From Paraspadella gotoi (taxonomy: Eukaryota > Animalia > Chaetognatha), in contig CM119266.1 of the NCBI GenBank assembly GCA_051294375.1, positions 10,577,571-10,641,570 of the forward strand: a stretch of DNA of 64,000 nt. Direction: 5' to 3'. Of the stretch, positions 41,393-55,227 are shown piece by piece. Positions within the stretch are counted from its first letter, which is position 1, and every line of letters begins with the position of its first letter. The notes beneath the pieces are model-generated. The model did no database searches, was not told the origin of the DNA, and saw nothing but the letters and a program-made list of their open reading frames with translations. The position numbers and the translations under genes are program-made.

Positions 41393-41958
41393 TTTACTAC
41401 GCCTTCGAACAGACACTAAAAAAAATATTATTGACCAAATATTAAAATCAGAATTATCTACTAAATAGAATAATTAGTTTCTATTTCGGCGGTAGGCTGG
41501 GATCGATAGTTCTAAACTTAGGGAAAAACAAGAGCAAAAACGGATATCCTTGATATTTCCAGACAACACTTTAACCCCTACCTCCTAATTCTTAACCCCT
41601 TAGCCCCTAGCGCCTCACCCCCCTAGAACTTAAGACCGCAAGGACAACGCGGAATTGTTCGAAGATCCTGAAGGGAAAGTGACTACGAACAGGAAAGATA
41701 GGAAAAAATAGAGAGGATAGAAATGTAAGGTTTGAAGGGATAGCTGGACGGGATAGAAGGGAAGGAACACGGACGGTCCATTAGGCGGCCGCCGTCGACA
41801 CAGCGCCGACGCCGCAGCCGCCGTCCAGGCGAGAGAGAGAGAGAATGACAGAGAAAATTACCTTCGAATCCTCGCGACTTAAAAATAGAATGGGATCACC
41901 CATCACATTTTCTCTCCTTGATGGTTCTCTAGGAAAAGCGGGCTTATCACCGACTCTC

Positions 41959-42018
<60 letters not shown>

Positions 42019-43178
42019 ATTAAGAATGCATCAAGCCGGCGAAAAAATGATTGATAACGTAATTGGCTTCATATCGGCGACGGCGACGATTTCATTGTGT
42101 CGTTTCTAGGTTACCTTCGGGAGAACTTTTCTGTCTCTCTCTCTCTCTCTCTTTCTGTCGCTCTGTCTCGCTCTCTTTTCATTGTCTGTTTTTCGAATTC
42201 GCTTTCATTTGAAACGGGGGGGGGGATGAAGAGAAAGGAAATGCACCCCATTTTTCCCGCGCGCATAAATTATAAGAAAATAGAAAGGTATTCGGTCATA
42301 CTTTCTTTGTCTCTCTCTTTCTCTGCTTTTCTATCTTTCTTTCTCTTTCCCGCTCACAAAGTTTTTTTTTTTCTACTTTAAAATTCATAACCTGTGAAAA
42401 CCGAAAGAGAGAGCGACGGGAAAGAGTGAGACTTTTTCAATTTTCACCGCGGGTCGGTTTCACGGGCGGCGACGCCACCCCGAGGCGACATCTCGCGCCA
42501 AGTTTTTTTCCCCTCTCTCTTCCCACAAACTTGTTCTTTTTTTCACAAGTTTTGAGTTTTAACGAGTGGCCGCCGGAAACGGTAAAAAAAGCGGAAATTG
42601 ACGTCGGCGCGCGAGCGTGGAGGTGATGGAAGGGGGGCTGGGTGGAAAATATGTGAATCGATTGGGCCGACGGCAGAACGAAGGGCTCGTAATTAACTCA
42701 ACAAAATTAGCCCAACTTTTCATTAGCCAGGTTTTTTCAGGGACGCCGAAGTTTTTTATTTTTTAAACTAAATTTTAAACACAAAAACGCCCGAAGGCAA
42801 AGTTTGTAAGGTTTTTAATGAATGTATGTTTGACGGAAATTGTTAGGGTGGGAGTTAGAGTGATGATGAGGGACAGCCTCGGAGAGAGGGAAGAGATGAT
42901 CGCGGGAATGGAATCTAATTGAAATGTTATAAGCGAAAATTAGTCTAATAAGAAAGCAAGATTAAATTCAAGAAAAAGTTAATTCAAAATAGTTGAAATT
43001 TAACGTAAAATTAAGCGAAGATGTTGGAAGATTTAAGATTTAACGAGATGCGAATAGGAATCGGTGGTGGTGGAAACAGCGGGGGGCGGAAACAAAGGTG
43101 ATTCCATCGCCTTAGCAAGATGGCGGATTGAACCCTACGGCGAAAAAGTCGTTGAAAAGTTTTTACGATCAAAAATGA

Positions 43179-43223
<45 letters not shown>

Positions 43224-43393
43224 AATAAGGAGGTAAAGAGGTAAAATTTTGATGAAATCCCACATTGAAAAAACTTCACCCTCTCGATTTTGTGGGGTAA
43301 TAGGACGAAGAAATTGAGAAAGACGACGACGACGACGACAATTCCTCGCGGAACCAAAAAAACCAATGAAAAGCAGAAGCGAAGAAATCCAAT

Positions 43394-43435
<42 letters not shown>

Positions 43436-43591
43436 ACTCCTACTTTCTCAATACCCCGTTGGCTAAGGTTCTCCCAAGGTATATTCTCTCATGGTATAAC
43501 CAAACAAAGATAATCAATGAGACGAAATTAGTTCGGGGAAAAAACGAGAAAAGAGCAACACATTCTCATTTCTCTTCCCCATGCGCTCTCG

Positions 43592-43634
<43 letters not shown>

Positions 43635-46351
43635 GCGGGAAACCGAAAAAGACGGCGAGAAAAGGTGTCCGCCAAAAAAAATGACCCGAGTCCATTTCGT
43701 CGTCGACGTCTTCGTCCACCACTCAACTCGCCCTTCACCCACCCACCCACCCTCACCCCTCCACCATCCCCGCGGCGCCGCCTGCACTCTCTTAGCGTCG
43801 CCCCTCACGCGCGACGCCGGTCGGCGCCGAGGCCATCGTCGCCGCCGTTAGCGGCGTCGCGTCGGTCCTTGGGTGTCATCCATCTTACCTCAATGGACAC
43901 ATCAAGGTGGAGGAGGAGGAGGAGGAAGGAAGAAGGAAAGAGAAAAATACTCTTCGAAAAATTCCCGAGAGACCCTTGACCGTCGGTGATGAAGCGACGA
44001 AGACGGAGGCGTGGCGGATAAATTTGGAAAAAAGGAGGGGGGGAGGCGGAGGAAAGAGGAGAAAAGTGGAGGAAAAAGGAAAGGAAAGGCCATAAAATCC
44101 GAAAGCCACGAAAACAAAAGGCGAAACCTCTGACCAAAATGGTCATCTCTTATCAAAAACGCGTTTTTACGGACAAAAGGGCTTGGGAAGAGGAGATGAG
44201 GTGAAAGGGAGGAAGAGGAGAAAGAGGAGGAAGTAGACGAGGAAATAAAAGGAGGAGAAAAAGGAGGAAGACGACAGATCGGATATAAAGCAGGATAATA
44301 GAAAGGAAGGAAAGGAAGGAAAGGAAGGAAAGGAAAGGAAGGGGAAAGTAAAGGAAAAACGTAAGACGTGGAAAAAAAAAAAGAGATTTAAAAGAATCAT
44401 AGGCAAGTAACGAGAAAGGAGAACCGCTATGAGAACGGAAATGGATTTGGGCTATTAATAACTTCTCTCCTCGACGTGGGCGTCGCTTCGCCTCCGGGAG
44501 CGGGAGCGGTCGTCATTCGTCGCCGATGTCGACAGTTGGAGGAGTCGGGGCGCCGTGAGTCCGTACGACTCGGCAGCGCCGCCTCTGCTCGCTAGCTTAA
44601 TATTTAATCAGTAGGCAGACGAATTGGTGTACAAGTATATTTGATAAAACTTGTGCTCAACAGCTCAAGGTTTACTACATTTTTCACTCGAACTGCCAAT
44701 TTTTGTTATCCTCTTTGAATCACGTCTGTCAGTCCACCTATTTGATACCCTCGTTACCGAAATTTTTCCGTCACGATTTCGCATTGCCACGTTCAAGACT
44801 GTTGGGTGATAGGAACATCACACCATTGCCCTCATTTTTGTAACCATCGAAGCTTTTAACGTCACCCTTTTCACCTTTTCTCATTTTCGTCGCTGTCATC
44901 GTCTTCGTCGTCGTCATCGTCGCGGCGGAAGAGATTGATCGAGGACTGAGGAGAGTCTTGAGTAAAGGCCAACGCCGACCGACGGGGGACCCATAAAACG
45001 GGCGGCCGAGGTGGAAAGATGGAAAAGAAGGGGGGAGGAGGGGGGGGATCGCCATTACCGCGAAACCGGAGAGGTAGGAATGAGAGAGAAGGGTGGTTGG
45101 AAATAAAACTGATCTTTACCGAATATTGCGAAAGGATTCTTGCGGGCAGCGAGCAATCTGGGTGGCAGAGAGAATATTGGCCGAATGGAATCGTGGTACT
45201 AGATAGTAGTAGTTGAAGGCAACAAGTTCAGAGTTTGTTTTTTTTTCAGAAGTTTGGGAATAGCAGAAAAAGAAAATGGCAATGAAAGTAGTCGAAGCAG
45301 TATTGAAAATGTGCGACGCATTTATAGACAAATTTGTAGCGCGAGGTTGCGTCTTCGGCTGCGGAGGTGAAGGGTCGAGCGGAACAACAGACGTTTCGCG
45401 CGCAAATCGCGTCGCTCGAGTAATTCCGCAGATGTAACCTCGTCGTCGTTGTTGTTGTTGTTGTGGCGTCTCTTCTCTTGTCAGAAAACAGATGAAGACA
45501 ACAGCGGCGCGAAAAAAAGGGGGGGGGGAGGAGAAGGGGGAGAGAAGGGTGGAGATAATGGCAAAGGAAAAGGCGAGAAATATCGCTCTCTTAGCTGGGT
45601 TTTCTCGCTCTCGCTCTCTCTCGCTCTCTCTCTCTCGCTCTCTCTCTCTGAAAGAAGGAGGCCAAAACAAAAACTACGAAGCATTTTCGTCGACTGGAAA
45701 AACCTGGCGAAGGACGACCTCCATAAAAGGAGCAACAAATAGATGAGACAACAAAGGAGATGACGACGATGAAGACGACGATCACAATAGAGACATTATA
45801 GCGAAATAATCTGCTCAACCTAAAAAGAAGAACATAATCTTATGACGAAAAAGATTTTATTAATCATGAGATCAACGAGAAAAAAATATAAACTGCGAGG
45901 GTCATGAGTGAATATCACTCAAAACCCATTAACAGATTTCACGTGAACCTCAAACACCATCCGCCGCGCCCACCGCCCTCCGCCCGAGCGAGAGAGAGAG
46001 AGAAAATATGCAGTGAGTACCTTTCACGCCGGGGCGGCCGGGAAAGGTGAGCGCGCGGGTGATTTAGGGCGATTTAAAAGGTGAGTTAAAGAAGCGGAAG
46101 CGAATCACCGATGGAGCGTGAGCGTGAAACGGGGCCCGGCCGATGTCGACGTCGTTTTCGTCGTCGTCATCATCACGCTCCATTTGCGAGAAGGAGAGCG
46201 AGAGAAAGGAAAGGGAGANNNNNNNNNNGAGACCGTGGGCGTGCCAGGAAATGGGCGCCGCGTAACCGGAAGTGGGCGAGGATGAGATATGAAGCGTGAT
46301 TTTTATGGATCGGCCACCGGTTGATCGTTATTTAATCCGGAGATATTCGAA

Positions 46352-46435
<84 letters not shown>

Positions 46436-47128
46436 CAGCGCCTAAAGAACGACTCCCGAGGTCGCGAGGGCGCCTCGTTCGTCATTTCAGGTCTCATAAA
46501 AGGAGTCGGAGGCCGCGACAGAAAAATTACGAGAAAAGGAAAAAGGAAGAGATTTTTCGCGGGCGTCGAATTGGGTGGGGGGGCGTAATGAGTGCAGGGT
46601 GAGGGTGGGTAGGTTAGGGTGAGGTTGGTAATGAATACGGGTCGCAGGATTTCAGACTGCAGTTTGAGGATTACTGTAATAGTTTCGTATGTTTAAAATA
46701 GAAGAAGGGTAAGTTAACGAAGTTAAATCGAAGTGTGAGATTCAAGGACGGCGAGATCCCTCGCATCTTATGTATCTTCATACGGGTGAAGTTAATTTTC
46801 AAGGGATGTAATATACTTTTTACGACGCGGAATTAAGCCGAATCGACGCCGTTTTGCGTCGTAAATCTGTGCGAAGAATAAATCCACTTTTCCTTTCTTC
46901 GTTTCGGCGTCGAAGAACAAAGAAACACGAAAACGAGACGAGCCGGACGCGCGCACCGGCGCCGGGAAAAAAAAGTGGCGGCTGTGGCAGGAGGAGCGTC
47001 GGCAGCGGCAGAGCAGACCGACGACTTGGGAGGGAAATGCATCAACAAAATGACTCAATAAGGAGACTCGATAACGCGGCCGCCGGGGAGAAGAAATAGA
47101 GAGAAGTAGGCGCGGAAAAAGGTTCGAC

Positions 47129-47195
<67 letters not shown>

Positions 47196-47378
47196 ATAAA
47201 GGTGTTCGTTCAAAAGACAAAAACCTCTCTCATTTTCGCAGGAAACAACAATAATTCACGACTTGAATCAATGATGATTTGAAGGCGGATGATTATCCTC
47301 ACCATTCCGCTCCTTTTCTCCCCCCACCCCCACCCCAAAAACTCCCTTAGCCCTTTCCCCTCCAAGGAATCGACCTAC

Positions 47379-47575
47379 CTGCTCGTGCCGCTTGAGGTAC
47401 GACAGCCGAGAGAACGCCTTGTCGCAAAACTGGCAGGGGTAAGGATTGTTCTCGTTGGCGCCGATCGAGTAAGGAAGTTGGTCGACGGGAATCGAGGCGG
47501 CGTTGGGCGAATAGGGGGCGTGGCCCGACGACGGAACCAGCTCGGGAAGGAGATCTCGGCCGGTAGAGGCGCTGC
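47379..47575 (-). CDS. Oaz: Coding exon of Oaz/ZNF423-like gene; carries most of the first visible C2H2 finger
   Basis: Acceptor acgatag| and donor cag|gtaggt; 197 bp. Translation is (G)[65 protein letters not shown]. This closely matches the ZNF423 finger [23 protein letters not shown] (recalled sequence). This frame is absent from the ORF track because it lacks a start codon. Confidence 0.92.
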
Positions 47576-47687
47576 CTATCGTGGTGTAAAAGAATCGAAT
47601 GGCTTAAACGAATGAATGAATGAATTGAGAGAAAAAACCGAACGAATAAACGAAATAACGAACTGATGAACGGAAAGATGAACGAAC
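47576..47687 (-). other. 112-bp phase-1 GT-AG intron of Oaz-like gene
   Basis: Reads GTTCGT...cttttacaccacgatAG on the minus strand and is T-rich. Removing it fuses the two flanking exons in frame. Confidence 0.75.
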
Positions 47688-47837
47688 CTGTGGATCCAGC
47701 GCGTTCCAACGAATCCGGAGACTCGCACTCCCCGGCAAAGGGCGTCACTGGCGAGACCGGCGTCAACGGCGTCACCGGCGTCGGCGGCGCCGGAGAATAC
47801 GGAGGCGCGTTGGAGTTGCTCGCCCACCCTTGTTTGT
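47688..47837 (-). CDS. Oaz: Coding exon of Oaz/ZNF423-like zinc finger gene (Pro/Thr/Ser-rich N-terminal region)
   Basis: Minus-strand acceptor tctctttccacag| and donor acag|gttcgt. The exon is 150 bp, phase 1 at both ends, and open: (x)KQGWASNSNAPPYSPAPPTPVTPLTPVSPVTPFAGECESPDSLERAGST(G). It joins the next exon in frame (g|gc = Gly). Confidence 0.75.
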
Positions 47838-48490
47838 CTGTGGAAAGAGATTTGAATGAAAGATTAGGGAAAATGTTCTAATGCAATTTCGGTGTGTATT
47901 ATTTATTTGTATTCAATTTCGTTTACAGTATTTCTTTTTCTAATATATATTTAATCATTCATAATATATTTACTCTTACATAAATAGAATATATAAATTA
48001 AGAATATAGATATATAACAAAAATAATAATAAAGAAAGATTCTCAAGAAACCCCCACGCCCTCATCATCATCGAACTTCATAAAAGACAATGGGCCATCG
48101 AATGAAGGCCATTCGACCGCGATCAAAAGACAAAAGCCAAGAAAAAAATATCCTTTTTAGATTTTCGTTGACCCCCCCTCCACACCCTCGCAGTCCGCGA
48201 ACCAACCCCCCCCTTCCATCCACCCCCCAAAACTATATTTCCATTTCCGGATCGGTCATCTTCGAAGTCCTCGTCCTCGCGCCTTAATCGAAAGATACAT
48301 TAACATTGTAAAAAAGCGATTCGGGGATGGTGGGGAGGTGGAGGTGGCTGTGGTTAAGGAGGTGGTTATGGGTAAAAAGGGAAGAGAAATCATTGGGAGG
48401 CAAGAGAGATTGAGGGGGGGAGAAGAGATTAATGTCTCATGAATTTCTGATCGACCGGAGATAAAAACAAGAGAGAAGAGGGAGAGAGAT

Positions 48491-48578
<88 letters not shown>

Positions 48579-48585
48579 GATGAGA

Positions 48586-48760
48586 NNNNNNNNNNNNNNN
48601 NNNNNNNNNNNNNNNNNNNNNNNNNNNNNNNNNNNNNNNNNNNNNNNNNNNNNNNNNNNNNNNNNNNNNNNNNNNNNNNNNNNNNNNNNNNNNNNNNNNN
48701 NNNNNNNNNNNNNNNNNNNNNNNNNNNNNNNNNNNNNNNNNNNNNNNNNNNNNNNNNNNN
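48586..48760. other. Assembly gap (175 N)
   Basis: N-run. Further 10-N gaps are at 5262, 5381, 15231, 22610, 32289, 37844, 39724 and 46219. Confidence 0.99.
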
Positions 48761-50257
48761 ACAACTTATATCGTAACTTTACGGCGAAGGGATTATAATA
48801 GCTTTCCGGCTGCCGTAGGACCCAAGAAATAAGAATTTTATAAAAACGAAATGACAAATCGAAAACCGCGGAATTAAAATTTTGCTTTTTATTTTTCCTG
48901 CCATAATAAACGAAGCGGTGGCCGCCATATTACTTTTCAGCCGTGACGCGTCTCAAATGTCGAGACGATGAAAAATCTCGCCTCATCGATTAATGACGAA
49001 GACGAAAAAAGGATCGACTCTTTTCTCCCTTGCTGCTTCCTCTCACTTCCGGCGCCGCGGCGACGGCTGGCGTCGCTGTGCTGCCGCGCTGCACCTTGCA
49101 AAGTCTTCGAAAATCGGGTCAGGAAATGTCTCCTTTTCATCGAATCTTTGTCTTTGAAAGAAATGAACATTATTTTGACGAATAGATGAAATCATAGTAA
49201 GAATTTTTATTACTTACATAGCAAATGAGCTAAATGTTTCTATCCCTATTTTTCTCACACTTTCTCTATCTCTTGCTCCCATAATTTACCCCGTTTATAT
49301 TTATCCCGCGTAATGATGCGTGTTGGCCGAAACGCGGAGAGAGAGAGAGCGAGCGGATGGGCGCGCTTTAAATTTAGGTTATTAATTTGGTGCAAATCGC
49401 GCGTGAAATGAGTTCCGGTCCCCCGGGCGGCGGCGGCGGTGTCGGGCGGCGGCGGCGGTGTCGGGCAGCGGCCGGCGGCATCTTTGGAGAAATAGAGACC
49501 TCTAGCGTCGACGACCCAGGGAGATTAGGACGCCGCCCAAACTGGTCAAGATTCTCAATCTCCTCGTGGGAGGAAAGGAGAGGCGTTGGTGCGCTAATGC
49601 AAACTCACTCTCGCTCGCTCTCTCTCTCTCTCATTCTCCAAGGCAGGGCGATGGGCAAGAAGGGCGCAAAACGCCCCTCGGAGGATAAAGGGGCTCAGGG
49701 GGCCCGATCGAGGCGGTAGATGACTTGCGGCAGCTAAAACTAAATCAAGTTGAAAAAAAAGACGAAAAAAAAGAGTGGAAATGAAAACGAGGTTGCTTTG
49801 ATGTAACATAGGCATTTAATATTTTTGCTTTTAGTGATAACCCATCTCTTTTTTTATCTCTTCTCTGCTCGCGTCATCGTCTTCCGTATTTTCTCTTTTT
49901 ATTTTTTAAACAGTGACGTCACTTTCTCTAACTCTCAGAACTATTAAACGAATTTTAAATTATCAACTTAATAATTTTGTCGGTAAAATTTGTCTAAATA
50001 TTAACCTCGTTCAACCCCATCAGCAGATCTTCGATCATATCCCCCCAAAAAAGAAATAGCCAGCGAATGTTCTTTGTCTCGGGCGATGATCTCTTTCGAA
50101 TGTAGATTTCGAAGAAACAATTCGTGAGAAAAGAGAGAAAAAGAGGAAAAAGTTCCTCGGCGAGAAAGAAGAAGTAGGAGAGAGAGAAATTATTGTCATA
50201 AAAGAACCGTTAACGCGCCCGACCAGAGAAGACAGTAGGAGGCGGACAGGATCAGAG

Positions 50258-50310
<53 letters not shown>

Positions 50311-51993
50311 GTTAAAACGCGGTAACAACGCCAACGGCTGATAATAACTTCTTTTTTCTTTTCCTGGCCAAGGATGAAAAAAGAAACCACTTTCCGTCTT
50401 CGATACCTCCGGGACGACCGTTTCGAGCTTCTCCTAAAATACCACACCCGTCCGCGATCCTCAGGATCCCCGCCCCCAGCCCCTTCGCCTATCCCGCCCC
50501 GGCCGCTCGACTCGAAAATCGGCAAAGCCCCGGCGGTCCGCGCTGATGACTCCCGAGGGACGCCGAATCTTGATTCCGACAGAAACTCAATGTTTGGGAA
50601 AATGTTTTCTTTTCGACTGTTTTGTCGCTAATGGCGCCCGGCAAAGCGAAACTGGGCGAAAGGGAGGGGGAAAGGGGAGTCGAGAGGGAGGAGATGAAAG
50701 AAAGAGAGGAAAGGTGTGAATGAGAGAAGAGAGAAGAGGAAAAAAAGAGAAAGCAGAGAAAGGCAAAGCAAAACACCGAGCGTTTCGAAGTCCGAAGAAT
50801 GGGGTTCCGTGGGCAGTTGATTCGAATTAGCGCCCACAGACGAAAAAGGGATATGACTTCGCAGAGAGAGAGAGAGAGAGATAGAGAGAGAGAGACGCGA
50901 CCCCGCGACGCCAAGACGCGTCCCTCTATGCGTAAACCATTTCTCTCCTCTCGCCCTCGCTCGCCCTCTCGCGGCGAAAAATGTTTTTCTGCGCCCTAAT
51001 CGCGCCTTTTTTTGTGTCGAAGTTTGCATGTCGTCCATTTCATAAACATTCTCAATACTTTGAACATTGTTTTCTTAACAATGCCACTATTCCTCTCACA
51101 ATTATGTACCTGGCATTAACACACACCTGCCAGTTTATCACATATCCCTTTTACCCACCCACTGTATGTCGCCCCAGTTCCTCTCATTTCTCTCTTTCTC
51201 ACCTTACCCTCTTCTCTCCTCACTACTTCTCACCTCTCCATCGTTCCCCGACTCAAAAACAAAACCCGTTTCTTCCTTTTTAAAATTCCGAGAACAAGCT
51301 GAAATTTTTTTTTGTCAAATTCTACACGAGAAGCGACGGGCGCGTCGAAAACACAGGAAGTCGTTGACGGCTGGCGGCGGCAGCGGCGTCTGCTCGGCGG
51401 CGTCGGCGACGGGTGTTGTCGCCGCCTTCTCATGAAAATGACATGAAAGAGGAGAAGCAATCTCTTTGTCGTTTGTCACGTTTTATAGCTATTTGATGAA
51501 GGAACCCCGCGACCCAGGGCGACCACGAGGATTTCCACGCAGCCCCCCCTTTTTTGACTTTTTTTTCTGATGGGGGGAATGAAGGCTGTTTACACCCCCA
51601 AAGAAAGGAGCGGCGTTCGCTCCCCACCCCCTTTCCCCCAAACTTTCTCCGGGGAGACGTTAAGATATTTTTTTTTCTTCTTGGTGGGGGATATAAGAGG
51701 AGACATTCCCGCTGGATTAGTCCCCCGGTTCTCACTCTCACTGTCAGTTCCATTAACGCCCTGCCCCCAAGACCCCCACATCCCCTTACCCTCCAAGGCC
51801 CCTGACAGTTCCGACTCCTCCGAACGTCCGCAGCATCCCTCCCGACGCCTCCGCGCTCGGGGCCGCGCAACCCTCCGTCGAGCGATCGAGATTCGCGCCT
51901 AATGACATCCCTTCTCGTCTCGATGGTCAACAACACAGGACGTCAAATGGAGAGAGGAATCCAACGATATCGCCGAGAGATGTGGTGGCCAGT

Positions 51994-52066
<73 letters not shown>

Positions 52067-53438
52067 CCCGTGGGCGAAGAAGAGGCGAGAATATGTAATC
52101 TCATTCTTCGAGTTTTTTTTTGTTTTTTGATTAGTCTGATTAATATATATCGTTCCCTTTTTTTTTTCTTCCTCTCGGTCTCCCCCATTAGCCATACCAC
52201 TCCCCAGCCCCGCCAAAGTTGTTAACCCCGACCTCGCTTAAAATATAACTCGCCTTAGTTCCCCCCCCCCTTCGTTCGCTGTTTCCTGCCATCTTACGGC
52301 TGACAAATGAATCTGATAAACAGGTTGATGATGTCGTGACATCGTAAAAAACCAGGGGGGGGGGAAAAACAAAGTAACAAGGGCTCGTTCTCTCCCAAGA
52401 ATAGAGACCGGGTTTCGGACGGGGAGGCGAAGAGGGAGGGAGAGCCGGATGCCGCGCGATAAAAAAAAATGATGGTCGAGGGTAAGGTCCTACTTCCGGG
52501 GGCGTTTATGGCACTCACCTTTGGCTTTTCTCGTCTCCGAAGTTCCGAGAAAAAACCCCCTGCTTTTTTTTTTGGAGGGAGAGGGAGAGAGCAAAGAAGA
52601 GAAAGAGGGGAAGATAAAAGGGAGAAAAGGAAGGAAAGAAAGTAAGTAAGGAGGAGAAAGAAGTGAGAAAGAGGAAATGGACAAATTGAAAAACAAGGGG
52701 AAAAAAAGAATAAATGAGAAAGGAAAAAAAAAGCAGGGATAAGAAAGAAGGAAGGTTAAAAGGAAAGAAGGGAGAAAAGAAGAAACGCCCTCGATTTCGA
52801 GACAGGAAAAAGGGAGGACAGAGGGGGGGGCGCATAACGCCCGAAGGATAAGGTCGTAAAAACATCCCAGGGAGCGAGTGGAATTTTCCCGAGACTTTCT
52901 TTTTTCGTATCTTTCTTTTTTTTTTTCATATTCGACCTTGAACCCGGAAATTTCTATTTATGCCCAATGGGATTATGATGAGGCACCGGCGACCGAGTTT
53001 GGGGAAGGGAGGGTGTGGGGATTATGGGGATTGCGGGAAGCTGTGGCCGGTGGCCGGATGAAAGGCTCGAAGACCTTCGTCGATATAACGCGTCGATTCC
53101 TTCCCCTTATTCACAGCGTGGCGTGACGAGATGAGCGGCAGGAAGGCGCAGGGGCGCGCCGAAAATAATAGGAACGCGATATTAGATAAATTTGAAATGA
53201 AAGCGTCTGTTCGATTGGATTGAGCGAAATAATTCAGAGTAAGTATATATATAGAATAATGCATTGTTTATTTATTGGATTAAAGCATCCTATTTTTAAA
53301 TCGATGTAATTAAAGCTTATTCATTTATTACTTTTTTTCCTGTTTTTTTTTTTTTTTGGCGGGGGGCACGTCACCTAAGTTACTCATCGGTATATAAGCG
53401 CGAAAAAAACTTTTTTCCCCGCATTTCGCCCAGTGTTC

Positions 53439-53475
<37 letters not shown>

Positions 53476-53792
53476 CTTCCGACTTTTTGGTGCCGTCATA
53501 TATAACAGTCTTCCTTATCCCGTCGTCGCTACCAACGTCGCGTCCGCTGAAATCGTCTCCGTCATCGTCGTCGTCGTTCCCGGGTCGACTTTCTCGTCGT
53601 CGTCGTCCTTCTCTTCGTCCTCCTCGTCGCCCTGGAGACCGCGAGACGCTTTGGTGCGACGACGACGACGACGACCAGAAAGACGACGACGTCCCCCGCC
53701 GCGATTCGCGTCCCTCGGCGCGCGGGAAAAAGCAGCGCGTCTCCCATCCTCTCGCTCTCTCTCTCTAGTTTTTGCGCACGATATAACCGGAA

Positions 53793-53840
<48 letters not shown>

Positions 53841-54929
53841 CCCAGATCACGTGACTCGCAACGTTGGCACCAAGTTTTTCTGGAGAGGAAGAGGAGCCTG
53901 GGAGTTTCCCTAATTCACCAGCGACTCATGGTTTTTTGGGTTTTTTTTTTTTTTTTTTTTTTTGCGCTGCGCGCGACATAAAAGAAAAGACGTAAAATTG
54001 TCGACCCAAGTAAAAACTTTTTCTAATTCTTTCTGCCCCGCCCCACCTCCCAGATCCATGACCTATTTATTTATCGCAAATAGAATCTAATGTCTTTCTC
54101 TTTTCTTACGCCTCGTCCTCGTCGATAAAAAGCAGATTAAATGTCTCTCAGAAATCGTGGTTTTTAAATGACTCTATATTATCCTTTTTTCCACTATTCC
54201 TTAATTTGCTTTCTTCTCCTATTCAACTCTCAATAATTCCCTTTCTCCATCACGATTCACAGTTTCTCTTCTTTTTTCATCCCTCCAACATCTCTTCCAA
54301 CCCCACCCAACCCCGCCCCACCCCCCTGTTTCTCTCCTCGATTTCTATCCTCCCATATATTCGTTCCCATGGGCTTCACAAAGAGTCCCAAGGCGTCCGC
54401 AAGAGAGAGCCGAGGCGTTCTCTCTTTCTCTCTCTCTCTTTCTCTGCGTGGCTTCCTTTTTACGGGAAAACCGATAAGTTCGAGGCTTTCGTTTCGATGG
54501 CTTCGATTACATCCGGGGCGACGGACAACAAACGGCGTCGCCAGGGAAACGAAAAAAACCGTTGCCACGCGACGCGTCTTCGTTGCCTAGGGAGACGAGG
54601 AAAACGCGCGAGAGGAGTTTCTTCGAACAGAACGGAAGGGATGCAACGCGGGGCCGGGGCAAAATTATATATTTAATTCGTTTACCTAATTTTAATTTTA
54701 TAGTTTTAAACAAACATTTCCATTTCTCTGTCGGGCGAGATTACCGCAAGTCACCGGCCCGAAGGGTCCGAAAAAAAAAGAAGATTACGAGATGCCAACC
54801 GGAAGCGAATTCGAATTAGAAAATAATGGAGAGAATGAATTCCAAATGAAGCGGAACAAATAGATTAATAATTTTTGACGTTTTGAGCGGACGGGGATTT
54901 GGCAAAGGGGATATTCGGAGGGATTGCCG

Positions 54930-54964
<35 letters not shown>

Positions 54965-55177
54965 TGTCACAACACAAAGTAATATAGATTCGAATGACTT
55001 ACGGTAAAGCCCGGGAAAAAAAATGTGTGGGTGAAAAACTAAATGAGTAATTTCTTTTTTTTTAAATTTATTTGAAAAAAAAAGGTAAACACGACTTTAA
55101 GCGTTTTTACAACAGTCGGGGAATAGTGAAGGAAAAAAAGTTTTTACGACCCAGTGTGAACCAGCTGATAGGGGGAG

Positions 55178-55227
<50 letters not shown>

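Noticed and set aside
47347-47775. 142-aa ORF as a single-exon gene
   Set aside because: Only 47775-47688 is in the true frame. It then reads through the 112-bp intron and crosses the next exon in the wrong frame.
52513-52560. Strong minus-strand donor AAG|GTGAGT as another Oaz exon
   Set aside because: There is no good acceptor or ATG context upstream, and the adjacent sequence is low-complexity.
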